A stretch of 62,272 nucleotides of DNA, the filler included, from Platydemus manokwari (Eukaryota), in NCBI GenBank assembly GCA_037951405.1. It is 5 parts of 5 records of this genome, joined end to end, with 100 filler letters (N's around TTAATTAATTAA, not from the genome) between each part and the next. Parts side by side here need not be neighbours in the genome. Positions count along the whole stretch, not along the records: positions 35,473 to 51,848 come from JBBMOY011182544.1; 4 more parts are not named here. One strand, 5' to 3'. A program made the translations under genes and the position numbers. Shown here one piece after another: positions 38,401 to 51,948 of the stretch. Numbering within the stretch: position 1 is the stretch's first letter; each line of letters opens with the position of its first letter. The notes beneath the pieces were generated by a model that worked only from the letters and a program-made list of their open reading frames with translations, did not search any database and was not told where the DNA came from.

Positions 38401-40050
38401 TATTTATTTGAAATTATACATGAGGATTGAACCACTTTCAAAATAATAGGTCAAATTTAGTTTAAACAAAAATTAGGACCACGACTTCAAAAATTTACTG
38501 CTACAATACTAAGATAGTTAGAGCTAGACAATATACCAGAACCACTTCTACCACTATCCTAGCAAACAGCGCTTAGCAAATCTTCATTAAAAGAAATAAT
38601 TATTACTTTTTTTGTTTCTTGTAAAAATGCCAAGTGAACACTTTAGGCAGTTCTTTATATATTACTTCTTCAGTGTATATTGAGCATAATTTATTAATAG
38701 GATTTCTACATTTACCCCAAAGTTAATTTTATTTACAAATAATTACAGTGACGGAGCATATTTAATTTCAAGCAGTTAATTTCTAACAACATTAAAGCAT
38801 GTGATTGTTTCTTAATTTCATACTCATATTATTCCGATGAGCTGTGAAATTATTAATTAACTCCGTGCTTTATTGATTATTTAACTCATACTCGACTAAT
38901 GACCAGGTATTCATTGATTATCTCCGCGATCACTACATTCATATAACCATTCATAATTAATGTTGTATTTCCTCTATTGCAGTTAGTTACTTAATAATTT
39001 ATCGGTAATTTTTTGATGTACTAACAGATTACCATTTTACTTTACAATTATACTAGTTAACATAATATCGATGCAGAAATATTTGGTATATATATTTAGG
39101 TTAATCGATAAGAAAACCAAATTATAAACATTATCATAAGATATCCGAATTATACGAAGTACAGCAACATGTAATTATTGATTATATTTATTTCATTACT
39201 TAATTAATAAATTCAAATTCCATTGCATTCTTTGCCCTTCTACACTTTTGAATTAAGTGTTTAAGTAAAAAAAAACTTTGCTATACTAAATATATTGATG
39301 TCTTATATTAATATTTTAACAAATCATCTTTATTGTTAAGGTTTAACACGAATAAAGCTCAGCGTAGCTATGCTTATAATTAGGCACTCATGGTGTTAAT
39401 AAAATGAAAAAAATTAAAAATTGTTCGTATGTTTGTCACGAAATCTTTAGTTCGAATTCTAACCAATCATATTGGCTTCTGAATGATGAATATTTTGAAT
39501 TTATACATCAGTAAAGTTTTGAATATCTGATAATAATAGAGGCATTTTTAACTAACAATGGTGGAAAAAAGCAAATAGGAAAGTAAAATTTCAATTTTTT
39601 TAAAAATAAATACTTTGTTCTCTTTTTCTTTATATTAGTAGATTCTTCTTCTAATAGATTCCAGACATGAGACAAAGAGAAACATCGCTTTAATTAATTT
39701 TTCTTCTTATGCAACATCTCTGCTACAGTATCATTTAATTGCACCACTTTTACGTATATCATATCCATTCTCATTGGATGGAGACAAAAAGAATAACTAA
39801 TCCGGATGATTGTCATGTGATCATTGTTACAAACGATAATCTTCTCTGATAAACACACCCATCAGGAAAAAGTAGATAATAATTTGAAAGATATTTACAA
39901 AGAATATTTATAACGTCAATTACAGATAATGTTTTACAAATGAGATTCAGTAGATATTGCACATCGGACAAATACTTTTTATAAATATAAGAGCGAACAA
40001 AAAAGATATAATATTTTAGTATAAAAAATCGAAATAGTTTTTTCTCGGAT

Positions 40051-40368
40051 TCAGTTTTCCATGTTTTCAATGAGAGATTGCTTTTCGACAGGTTTCGTTG
40101 ATGATTTTGTATTGAATATGGGATTCTCGTACAAGTTCAATTTGACTGCTTGTTTGTTGGGAAGATGAGGTAGTTGCTGATTCGATCGTGATGTGGACCC
40201 TGACGTCTGATTGGTGTTGAACACTACTGACATGACGTAATTAGGCGACGATCTACGCAATGGGTGATTGCAGCGTTTTGTTATCAGAGTAGCCAAAAAC
40301 GTTAACGCAATTAGAAATAATAGAATGAAAGTTGTTACGATAATATAAATTAAATGTGGTCCATGAGC
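40051..40368 (-). CDS. Terminal exon of a single-pass membrane protein (TM plus cytoplasmic tail)
   Basis: tttttcattcag|GCT acceptor. It encodes AHGPH-LIYIIVTTFILLFLIALTFLATLIT-KR followed by an S/T/N-rich tail with YENPIF, and a stop at 40051. Confidence 0.65.
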   Translation of the reverse strand, partial: AHGPHLIYIIVTTFILLFLIALTFLATLITKRCNHPLRRSSPNYVMSVVFNTNQTSGSTSRSNQQLPHLPNKQAVKLNLYENPIFNTKSSTKPVEKQSLIENMEN

Positions 40369-41618
40369 CTGAATGAAAAATTAAAATTATAATCTTGTAA
40401 ATTTATTACAATACTTTATATTTATTTTTATACACCAATTTTGTTTTAACTATTTTATTCAATCGATGAAGCTTAATAATTTATGGATTACTAAATCCAC
40501 GATAGTAGTAACCGATATTTTAGAGATTTTATTAATTTGGTGTTCCAATTTTAAATCAAAAGTCATGATTGCAAGTAGATGACCAATTATTTAATGACAA
40601 TTAATCGATTTATTTCCAATATAATTTATAAGATTAAAATATCCTTTCAAATGTTAAATCCTAAATTTTCTCCAGCAAATATTGATGATAATTCTTGACC
40701 AAATTTAAATTATCAGAAATCTTCAATAATTTCAAACAAAATTGGTAGCAAAACTATTCAACCAATCTCAATCGGAAAATAAATATAAAACCCAAATAAA
40801 GTCGATTGGCATATTGACACTTTAAATCGACAATATCGTTGGGAAATAGTCTATAAAATCTAAAATTATATTTACAACGAATATAAACAACAAAATACGA
40901 ACTCGAAATTGATGTGGAATAATCACTGTGGAATTTATTGATTTTTCCATTTTATTTTAAAATGACTGATGGTGGTGATCAATCAAATACAAAATTATTT
41001 CAATTATTAGATGGCTTATTTTTAAATTTTTAAATTAAAATCGATATGAAATTGAAATTAAATTTCCTTGAACTGATACCAGAAACATCCAATCTAATTC
41101 TTAGTCACAGTCAACTAGAAAATTGATGTCTGAGAGAGTTTTAAAAAGAAAATTTAATAAAGTTTTTCGACAGAATAATCAATTATAATTATTCCAATTT
41201 ATTTGAATGATAATTTTTAAAGGGAAAAGGAAGCTAAGAATTGATTTCAAAATTTAACTATGAGCTTTGGTTGATTTTGTTACAATTATCAAAGATCGAT
41301 TGAGAGAAATTCAACTCTTCATTGTCACACGTATTTCAGTCATGTGTAATTTTTAATTTCATACGCAATTCAACAGAGAACATAAAACAAATCCAACAGA
41401 ATCCAATGACGAAAAGAACTGATAGTCACCGCATGTTAATGAAACAGACGTTATTAAATGTAATCGCTAACAGGATATTGAGCGAGTGAGTCTCGAAACA
41501 GGAAATGGAAAGTATTGATTAAATTGTGGAGGAGAACAGTCGACAAAACTATTGTATAAAATAAGGCATAATTAGTTTTATATAGTAGTTTTATATATAG
41601 AGTCACGGTTCAGCGAAC

Positions 41619-44600
41619 AATGTTTTTCAATGGATAGGAATTATTTTCACCACTACTGGATTCCATGTCCGGCCTCAACAAAATGAGAAAATATTCGGAA
41701 GCACTGGAAATCATTTGTGAATCCTGTAACTGATCCGGTTCAGATTTCAAACTGAAGTTTCCTATCTTAAAACCAGGATATTCTGAGATTTATTACGACA
41801 GCAACAATATTTAGAATAATGTAAATATATATATAATTTACAAGGTTTATTGGAATGGAGGAAGTTGAGATTCAACACGTCGATATAGATTTAAAATTAA
41901 GCTTAATATGATTCACGCAACATAATAAACAAAAGGAAATTTCAAGATGAAAACTAGACAAGTTGTTGTGCTATTGAGATCTTCAATAAAAAGCGTAATG
42001 ACTGAAATAACCTAGTTTATAACCGCACCATTGAAATAAGAGTTAACAACTCCATTGTAATGTTAAATGAAATAAAAACAAAAGAGAGAGTACGATAATA
42101 TGAAATAAAGAGTAGTCCGAGTATCTGGTAATGATGAAAGACACAAAAATTTAGCTCAATAGTTAGTCCAGTTATTTGAGCAATTATGAAAGGAATCAAG
42201 ATATTTATCAAAGTAAATGTGATGAAAATTCTTCAATCTTATGTATGTCTGTGCGCCAAGTCATTGCCAAGAATTATATATGGTCTAATAAGGACTAGTA
42301 AGGTATTTCCTTCAATTATATTTCTTTCACTTCCTTGATATTATAAGATTAGCAAATTTATTAGCAGACCAACACCTTAATTTATTTACAGAAATATATA
42401 GAATATTAGATAGAAACAAACAGAAAAATGAGATGATGGCAAATGAGAAAGAACATATCCAAATATACAACATTATCAAATACATGGCTTCTATCTAAGT
42501 GCCTTAAATTTCCTACGGAAAACAATTTTTATTGAAAACGATTATATAATGGAAATATTTGTTTATCATATTTTTAAGTTCAATTTTTTCGTGCACGTGA
42601 TTTTTCTGCAATTAAAACGATACATAAAAATTATCGAATTCTAATCCACTCGAAATTCGTGGTTATTATCGAAATAAATAAAAATCCAACAAAGTTATTT
42701 CAAGTTTCACATTAGAAGTTGATGTGAAGCGAAGTTCAAGTTACAAATGATTAATGTTGCCTGTAATTATTAATATTAATTGCTGAACCGTTCAGACCGA
42801 TAGAGGGAGAGAGCGATGCAAAATCGTCATGCTGTTTATCTCAGCTGACACTGATGTCACTTGACAATTTAAATGACTTTTTAATTTATCAGAATCTCAT
42901 TCTGATAACTAGCTCCAAGATAGTAACTTCAACTACTGAATTAAACAAAAATCAATAGAACAAAGAAATCCAATTGATGAAGAGAAGATAAATGAAGATT
43001 TTAAAATGAAATTTAATTGTCGAGTTGTACGAACACTAGAATTATGGGTGATATTAATTTAAATAATTAATCTCACTGAATTACTTTTCTTGCAACCTTT
43101 ACCAATAATCATATGTTATTGTTAAATGAATAACAATGGCAATTAAGCTGTGTTATTCAGATAAGCTAAAGGAAATTCCTAATGACGAAATTATTTATTT
43201 AAATCTTAAAGATGATGAAAAATCGCTATTATTAAAAGTGAAGAAATTATAAAGGTTTTCAAAAGGAATTCAATAGATAAACAATAATGAAGATTTAGAA
43301 AAAGTTTTACCAGATAAATCTCATGGATAAAAGGATTAAAAACAAGGAATAGTCTATTATTTACTTTAATGCAATTGAGAATAAATCAATACTACTGATG
43401 TTGAAGAAAACAAGAAATGGAAAAGTACGAAGATTCGCTGAAAAATGGGATATTCAATAATGGTTTTTTAAAAAGACAAGTCAACACAAGTTAACCATCA
43501 TGCAGCGCGTTAGCTGCTACTATTTCATAAAATATGAATTGAGAATCAGCATAAGAACCTCAACCTACAAAGGTATATTTTATCAAAATATTCAAGCAAA
43601 TTAAATAATCAGTTATATTTTTGTATTATTATTAGTATTTCTTCTCTAAAATGATCATTTAATATTAATTGATTTCAATACACTCACACGCCATATAATC
43701 CCAGGGTTTGTAATTTACTTTTCGAGACTTTCCTTACCGAAAGCACAACTAAATCAATATCATTATAATTAACTTGATAATATTTTCTGTTGGCAAGAAA
43801 AAAAATCGATATTCAACACAATTACCGCTTATAAGACTAAATTTAGTATAAATAATGTCTTTACTGACAAATAGAACTATAAACAAAGTTGTTTATCCAG
43901 AACGAATTTTATACTAGTGAAAATCAATAGACAAATAATTAGAAGTGATAATATTTTATTATAAACTAAAATATATAATTTTAATCATTATAATAAAATA
44001 TCGATAAGCCTCATGTATCACAAAGCCTTAGCTATGATAAGATATCATAGATCATAATATTAATTGAATGGCTGGAATTTTTAAAAAATTTGATGGGCAG
44101 ATAAAGCTTGGCATATAAATGCTAGAATTCAAGGTGCTTCTTTATACAAATTGTCTACTAATATACACCGATAGAAATCCCAGACAACATCTGCTCAAGT
44201 CAAATAACTAAATGATGGTAAAGTAACGTGAAATACCGTGGAGTAATAGGAAATTTTACAAAACCATATGTTATCACAATATATATGTTTTTAACACATT
44301 GAAAATTATTGGTCTCTTCTCAACTTCATTTTAACGTTGTGAGGTAGTGTATGTAGTTAATTAGTTTTGTCAGAAGACAAAATATCAATCCATTTGTCGC
44401 AAATATAATTTTGTTTGAAATAAATCAAGAATTAAGACTTATACTGACCCGGTTATTGAAATTCTGAATTTGGAAAGTCTTGGGCTTGCATTTCTCGAAT
44501 TCCGACTGGAATAAATCTTCATTGGACTGGATAATTGGATTCAACTTCAAAAATAGTAATGTATGATTAAGGTTCGCCGTCAGATTCACATTTTTTGCCT

Positions 44601-45112
44601 AAAATAAAATTTGCAATTTTATAGAAATGTAACAATTTATTTTTCTCTAAAATCCAATATAATGGTACATTATAATATTAACAAGTACATTATAATATTA
44701 TAATTAAAATCAATCTAGTACCCAAACAAAATCTCCCCTACCCTTTGTCATTTCTGCAAGAAAAAGTATAAAAAAAGTATTGTAATCAAATGTAAAAATA
44801 TAAAGCAGTGAAATATAAAGCTATGCCCATCTCAATCGTTTTGAAGGTTCAAAAATTGCTGAAATCTTCAAATATTTTGGCATGTTTTATTTAATTACAA
44901 CATTAACACATTGAAAATGAGATCGTGTGATATATCCATAGATGGAATTATAATGATAATAATAATTATTATGATTATTTTCATAAGTGTTTTAATGGCA
45001 TAATTAATCGATAGGAGTGAATAATCAGAGCTAATGATTATTTTCAGACCGTTGGTCAAATGAAAATGATTCTGGATAATTTGCGACCTGCAATAATCAC
45101 CGACGTGACCAG
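41619..45112 (-). CDS. Tentative internal exons of the same membrane gene (41619-41782, 44449-44598, 45050-45112)
   Basis: GC-richer, stop-free segments bounded by AG/GT. 41619-41782 can join the terminal exon in phase 0. 45050-45112 encodes GHVGDYC, like the end of an EGF module. The phases do not all chain, so some exons are missing or misplaced. Confidence 0.35.
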
Positions 45113-46433
45113 CTGTAATTCACAAATAATATTATTAATCGAGATGTCAAGTTCAATAGTCGTGAAAGGATTTATTGACAGCCATACTCAGTAATTTATT
45201 TTATTGTCTTAGGGTTTATACACACACACACATATATGTGTTGAAACGTAAAAGTTAAATCACAGATATATGTTTTTAGTCTTTCAATGATCACCTTAAT
45301 GATCATCTTTCGCTTAACGACTTCTGGATACATCGTGAATGTCTTCGACTTATGCATCGATTTCTTGTTGTGACTGATATAATAATCATTGTCAATGAGA
45401 TAGTACTTTTTGTGTTGAACTTCTTAATACTTTTTCAAATTCTATTGAATGAAATAGGAGCAGCAGAATGCAGCACATGCAAATGTATGTATTGCACATT
45501 GCATATCTTCATTATTACAACGATTGGGTTAGTCGCCCATAACATCTTCATTGCATTTCCAAGCATTCGCATTAAAGAAAGCAGTGACAATATATTAGCC
45601 AATAATCTATTGTAAGATGTAAGAAGTTCCGCTAGGATCTAGTATCACTACCAGACTAATGTGCTTATAATAGCGTTCATTTGGCAGAGTATATTCAAAT
45701 AAGAATGAGAAGCCTACTCTTTGCGAAATTGGTAATAGATAAAGCAGTGACATTGTCAACAATTAAATGTCTTCCGGGTAATTCAAAAGGCATCGTTAAC
45801 CCACTGAATCTATACAATACCTAGAGCCTCGTGGTAATACAAAAGGCAATGGCACAACTACCACAACTGTACTGAGTTAATGGAAATTCCATTTCGAATT
45901 TCCTAACATTAGCCAACTTTATAATTAAAATTTCAGAGTACATGAAGAAAAATATAGGAGTGCCTAAGTTCAACATCAATTTTGAGCTGAGTTTTAACCC
46001 CTATTTCGAAGCTGCATAAACTGTTAAACTGATCAAAGCAGTATAGATGAAAAATAAAAAATATTTTGCCTCTATATGTTGCGATTGGAATGATTTATTT
46101 AATTTATAATTTAAATTTTTTATCACACTTTGCGATTCGTTAAATTTACAAAGGAGCTTCTTTTCAATCACTTAGCCATTTAATTTTGTTTTGAAAAACA
46201 ATAATAAGAAATGATAATTCCCAGAATTTCTATCGATGAAAAATCGTTTTCCACTGTATGCAATGAGATGCAATTTTTGATCTTTGAGTGTAGAATACTA
46301 GACATCGCGCAAATAATTGTACTATTGTTGACAAAATAGCTTATAAAATAACAAAATATCGAAAGAAATTTGTTTATATTGAAGGAAAGAATTTCAAATT
46401 GTCAATGTTAGTGGCAGCTACTTCATTGAAATT

Positions 46434-46550
46434 TTGAGATTCGTTAAAATTAGTCATTGAGATTGAGATTCGTTAAAATTAGTCATTGAGATTGAGATTC
46501 GTTAAAATTAATCATTGAGATTGAGATTCGTTAAAATTAGTCATTGAGAT
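46434..46550. repeat. 29-bp tandem repeat x4
   Basis: ttgagattcgttaaaattagtcattgaga x4, with one substitution in copy 3. Confidence 0.97.
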
Positions 46551-47064
46551 GTTATAATAAAACAAATTTAAATATTTTTCACATTAAATTTGAATAATAT
46601 AAAATTTTTAATCTGAATTTTTAAATTTTCTTCACAGGCATCCATTTAAAATCCATACTGACTGAGCCCCGGTAAAATAATGATATTGTTCTTTAGAGAA
46701 AAACAAAACAACCATCAAAATCATTTTGATCCGACCAGAGGTATTATGTGTAAAATGTTAAATGTCGATCATATTTTCGGGTTGAGAGAAAATGTTTTCA
46801 TATTATTAAATTTGGAAAATATTATTTTCATCAAAAAATGCCACTTACGAACAAATTAGAATGCTTGGTTTTCAACTTATTCAATCGGTCTATGAGATGT
46901 TCACGATAATTAATATTGTCTACAATATTTTTCTGTAATGTATGATTGTATTGATTTTCAAAACGGCTAATGACTGTCTTCAAATGAATAGTGCACCTAT
47001 TAATAGAAAATTTTCCATTCTAGAAATCAATAATATCCACCATTTTCATTAGAAATAAATATAC

Positions 47065-48572
47065 CCCATGGTCTGTACAATAACTTTCCGCTTTGGTCAC
47101 GATTCTTTCGATATGTATTTTTGCAGCTCTCAAAAGTGGTTCCATGAATCTGTTGAGAATGTTGAGGAACTTTATTCTCGAACTCTGCAATCAATTGAAA
47201 CGTCAATAAATTAAAGTCTTACTTAGATAGAGAAATTAATGAATAAAACGAAGTTAAAATTTTTAAAAATATTTTTATTGTAATAATAAAGCAACGGATT
47301 ATGTAACTCATAATAATTAGACCAGCAATAACAAAATCAGTCTATTTTTAGCTATTTATTGTATGTTGGGTAACACTTAGCAATAAAACCTGAACATGTA
47401 AACTACAACATCACAAGCTCGATTTCTGAACAGATATAGTTAATCACAAGTCAATAATAGATTATCATACAAGAAATGATCAGTAGGGGAAAGTCAAACA
47501 GAGAATAACAAACAACCAAAAAACATGAATAGAACATAGATTACCGACAAAATTAGATTGGCAGTTACTCATAGAATCCAACCTCTTTCATAGACATTGA
47601 ATGTGTCTGCTTGATGTCATGGATAGAGATGCTAGTAATTTTTCTTGCATCTTTTTGTGCCAATGGCAGATGTCTGAATTTGCTGCCATTTGTTGGTATG
47701 TGCCTGTTGGTTTTTAACTTATAAATATGGATTAATATTAGAAAGAATCTGATTGGCTATTGATACATGCGTTTATCGGATGAGTGTGTCAACTCTTTCT
47801 AGGGTTATTTCCCTGGTTTATGTAAGCATTTTGGCTGATTTTGTGACCTACCCAGCATGTGAATACATATTTAGAGATTGAATTATTTTTTATTTTATAA
47901 GATTTATGGCAGTTTCGCTGGAACTAATCCATAATTTTCGAATTTTAAATTATAATTACAAAATAAAAAGGTTGGAAAATATAATATAAAAATATAAAAA
48001 AGATAATGATTAAAAATGAATATATAAATTTTCTTAAAACAACAGATAATACAAAGTCAAACATCAAAATACTTATAATAGTCCACTTATTTTAATGATG
48101 GCTTACTTGTCTATAGATGTACAATAGATCTAAGCTAACTCTCTATAAGCACTCACACTATAACTATGGGAATGAATACTCTTTCAGAATACTTAACATG
48201 ACTTTTAAAAGTATTAAAAAATTAAATTAAATCTTTTTATCTAACGAAATCCAGAATGGAGATTTTAATCACTCATTTATTTCATATTAATGATAAAATG
48301 TTAATAAAGAATGAAAAATGAAATTAAAAAAATATCAGTTAATAAAAGTATAACCTCTTTTAATTCGTTGAACTTTTGCTTCTGAGATTCAACGTGCCTG
48401 TTATCGTTGATAATACCAATCATTCTATTTCTCACATAAGACACCCAATTCTGTAGAGCTCTCGTATAATTTTTCCAAAGCACGTGTTTCAGTCCTGTAT
48501 AAAATATGTGTTCCAAACTGGCATTTTTATTTCGACTGTAATTTTCCAGAGTGACCAGTTTGATTGGCAAAC
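47065..48572 (-). CDS. Two in-frame exons (48355-48572 and 47065-47184) of a GH56 hyaluronidase-like protein
   Basis: Canonical splice sites with matching phase 0. The joined peptide GLP...YTGLKHVLWKNYTRALQNWVS...SRIKFLNILNRFMEPLLRAAK resembles the recalled GH56 pattern G.GVID[FW]E.W....QNW...F......FME..L.AAK. Confidence 0.45.
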
Positions 48573-50884
48573 CTATATGAAAGATTATCAAGAAATCTTC
48601 TCGTTGGATAACAAAGCATCAACTTATTCACATAATATTTGTGCAGTAAAACAACTTTAGATATTGTTAGATTCTTTTTAATTAAAATTTTGTAATTACT
48701 TTAAAGAATATCGCCGACAATATGAAATGAATACTCTATAATGCCAAGATTTTAAAAACTGGATCGTATTAGGATTTTAAAGATATTTTAAGATTAAATT
48801 ACTATATAAATCTTCGAGTGAAGAATTCATTTCTATAACTATAAATTATTTTCTAAAAACAAATACGGACTTATTTATATTACTACATGTTATTAATAAG
48901 ACCCGCCTCGACAGTCGAACTACATACCTTCATCGTAGGGTTATTTGAAACATGAACATCACAAAATAATGCAATCACATATCAGCTATGACTTAATAAG
49001 AAAAAAGTTGAACATAATTAATAATAAGGGCAAACGTATAGACAAGGCATGAACATTGTTAATACCACCGTGTTCACATTGGCTTCAAAGGTAAATTTGA
49101 TGAAAAAAGATAGAATTCAACTCGTCCTTAAAACCAAATTTTCTCTAGTACTCCTTGGATTTTAGTGGAATTCAAAAAGCCTCTTCTAAATTTGGAAAGT
49201 CGCTGAAAAATTGGAATGTCTCGTACAAAAGCACGAAGCTTTACAGATCACGAAAGAAGTCACATGATGCTTGATGTATTAATGACAATTTACATTTAAA
49301 TCACCACGAATCCAAGAAGTTAATCTTAAATTCTTCTTCATCTTACAAAACAAGATAATATATATATATTATTTAAAATTAACAAATATCATACTCACAA
49401 TTTATTCATTTACCGATTTGAATATAAATAATTTTATTCAATAAAATGCATTGATTCAACAATAAAATTCAACGATTGAGTTAATAGAAATTATGTTTGG
49501 AAATATATCAGAAATTACTACACGGTAAAAAGCCAAGCAGATTATACGAATATAAAATATTTCGCTGATGATCCGACATTTTCAGAAATTTTAATTTAAG
49601 CATTAAATATGAAGATTATTTGTACCAAATATACTTTTGCAGTCAATCTTATCACCAGATATAAGTATTATTACTACTAACATATCAACACAGCTCCCTG
49701 ATCCCAAATGTTTATCATTGATTTCCAATGGTTAATAAAATAACGACCATTTTTTCTCGTCGCAATAATATATTAATTTGGTTCACTAAATATTTCTTAC
49801 TAATTTTATTAATTTAATTATAATCAATTAATTAATCAACTTTATATTAGCTAATTAATTTTGATTAATTAATTCATAAATCAATTGAAGAAATTATATC
49901 GCAATGTTAATTAAATAATAAAACAAAATAAACCCAATTTCAAATAACAACTAATTCACAACTAAATGCAAAGCCCAGTCGAAAACAGATAATTAAAACA
50001 AATAATTTCCCAATGTTTAAGTATAATGGAAAACTATTCTATTGTGTTGATTAAATTATGTATCGATTGATGCTGGTTTTCATTCCATTCTAGAATTGAT
50101 AAATTTTTATTCCATACAAAAATCGATTGACATAAATTTGTTTTTATCTCTAGTTGTTCAAGAAAATTTAATCATTTTATATCTGATGGTAAATATTTGC
50201 AATAGAGAAATGAAAATAGGAGAATCTTTTTAAATTATTATATTTTATTTCTAAAATATTTTTCAAGTTAAAGGAAAACATTTCATTTTATTTTGTATTG
50301 AATAAAGATTGGGTTTACACTATAAGCACCACAAATCAACAAGACACCGAGAGAGAATAATATCACAACAAGAAAACAATCATATTTGAAATGGAAATCT
50401 CTTGAAACAGTTAGTAACAAAGCCTATTTTTTCACAAAAATATTGGCGAGAAAAGAATGTACCAAAAAAATACTTTTATAGAAAAATCGATAATGGGAAA
50501 ATGTGCATGCAGAAAATTATCGACATAATTGACGAATCAAAATTATTATCCATGTCACAGGCATTATTTATCAAATCCGCTACTGTTTCTCCTTTCAAAA
50601 CTGAACGAAAACCATTTTCAATTGTAACACGAGTTTTGTTAATGTGGTTGTTTTTATACCCTAATTGACATTTATTTCTGAATTTTTATCGACAGCTTCA
50701 TTCACAGTTTCGATGGGTATTAGAAAATCATATTGTATTAGAGATAAGATTAGCCCTTGGAATTTGGTAGAGTTCAATCTATGAATGTTTTATAAAATAA
50801 TACAAATATTTTATCTTTATTATCGAAAATTCGTCAAGCTAAAATCGATTATGTCTATCGGTTTTTTTACCATATACACTATTG

Positions 50885-51390
50885 CTCACATCAAATCAAA
50901 TTGGTAAAAAGTTTTCGGAAAAAAACTGTTTAAGCTATTAACATGATTGATAAAACGAATTCATGCATTTCTAATATCATATATAGAAGTTTGGTTTCCT
51001 TTATATTTAGCATGATTCATATTTGGATGTCATGATGAGTCGATATAGTTGCTAAGGTCCCGGTTGCTTAGCAAATAATACCTTGCAAAATATTTCCAAT
51101 ACTATCGGCGTATATTAAATTGACGAAATAAGAAAATGAATTATATAAAAATTAAAGCACACATTTTAACTTTTAAAATATTTTTATTAGATGTAATAAA
51201 ATTGTGACTGCAATGAATTGTCCTAAAATAAGTGTAACCCAATCATTGTAATATTGGAGATGTTATTTGGTAAACATTAAAATATGGATATACGGTGGTC
51301 CAAAATTCATTTTTAAATATTCTTTATCGGAACGATTTCAATAGTTATTGAAGAAATTATCCAAATCCATCGGTGGTGCGTGTAACATTT
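50885..51390 (-). pseudogene. Decayed MSV199-domain-like ORF
   Basis: Fragments MDLDNFF, EFWTTVYPYFNVYQITSPILQ*LGY and DIQI*I...KLLYMILEMHEFVLSIM...FRKLFTNL occur in the order of the recalled MSV199 consensus. Several stops and frameshifts are present. Confidence 0.4.
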
Positions 51391-51848
51391 ATTGGTCGAA
51401 TAATTTGAATGATATTGGAATAAAACGTAATATATTGATAATGTGAATGTTACAAAAACCACATAATCATATACGTTCATATTTTCATAGTGATAAATGT
51501 AAATAAATTATTATTTGATGATGAATTTTGTAATATATCCAATAAAAAATTAATCTGTATGAGTATTAGATGAATTTCATTATCAAGTTCTATAATCACA
51601 CACACACATATATATAAATATATGTTTGTCTAATTACATAATTGATCATATTATCAATTCCACTTGTTACTGCATGATATGCTGTAATCTTTTTTCTATT
51701 GAAAACAAACTCATTTTGTTTGAAAATTTTCATCAAATATCGATGTAATATATTCCGATAGATTATATAATCCGTCACATTTTTCACTAATGGAACACAA
51801 TAACATCATTTTTGGTAATAAATCTTCACTATATGGCAACTTTGTTTT

Positions 51849-51948
51849 NNNNNNNNNNNNNNNNNNNNNNNNNNNNNNNNNNNNNNNNNNNNTTAATTAA
51901 TTAANNNNNNNNNNNNNNNNNNNNNNNNNNNNNNNNNNNNNNNNNNNN
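51849..51948. other. Artificial contig linker
   Basis: 44 N + TTAATTAATTAA + 44 N. Confidence 0.97.

Noticed and set aside
45820-45903. QYSCGSCAIAF as a papain- or Ulp1-type catalytic motif
   Set aside because: A stop follows within a few codons and no other protease motifs are present.
51240-51720. TGA=Trp alternative genetic code
   Set aside because: The same frames also contain TAA/TAG stops and frameshifts. TGG>TGA decay explains it, and intact genes here use the standard code.
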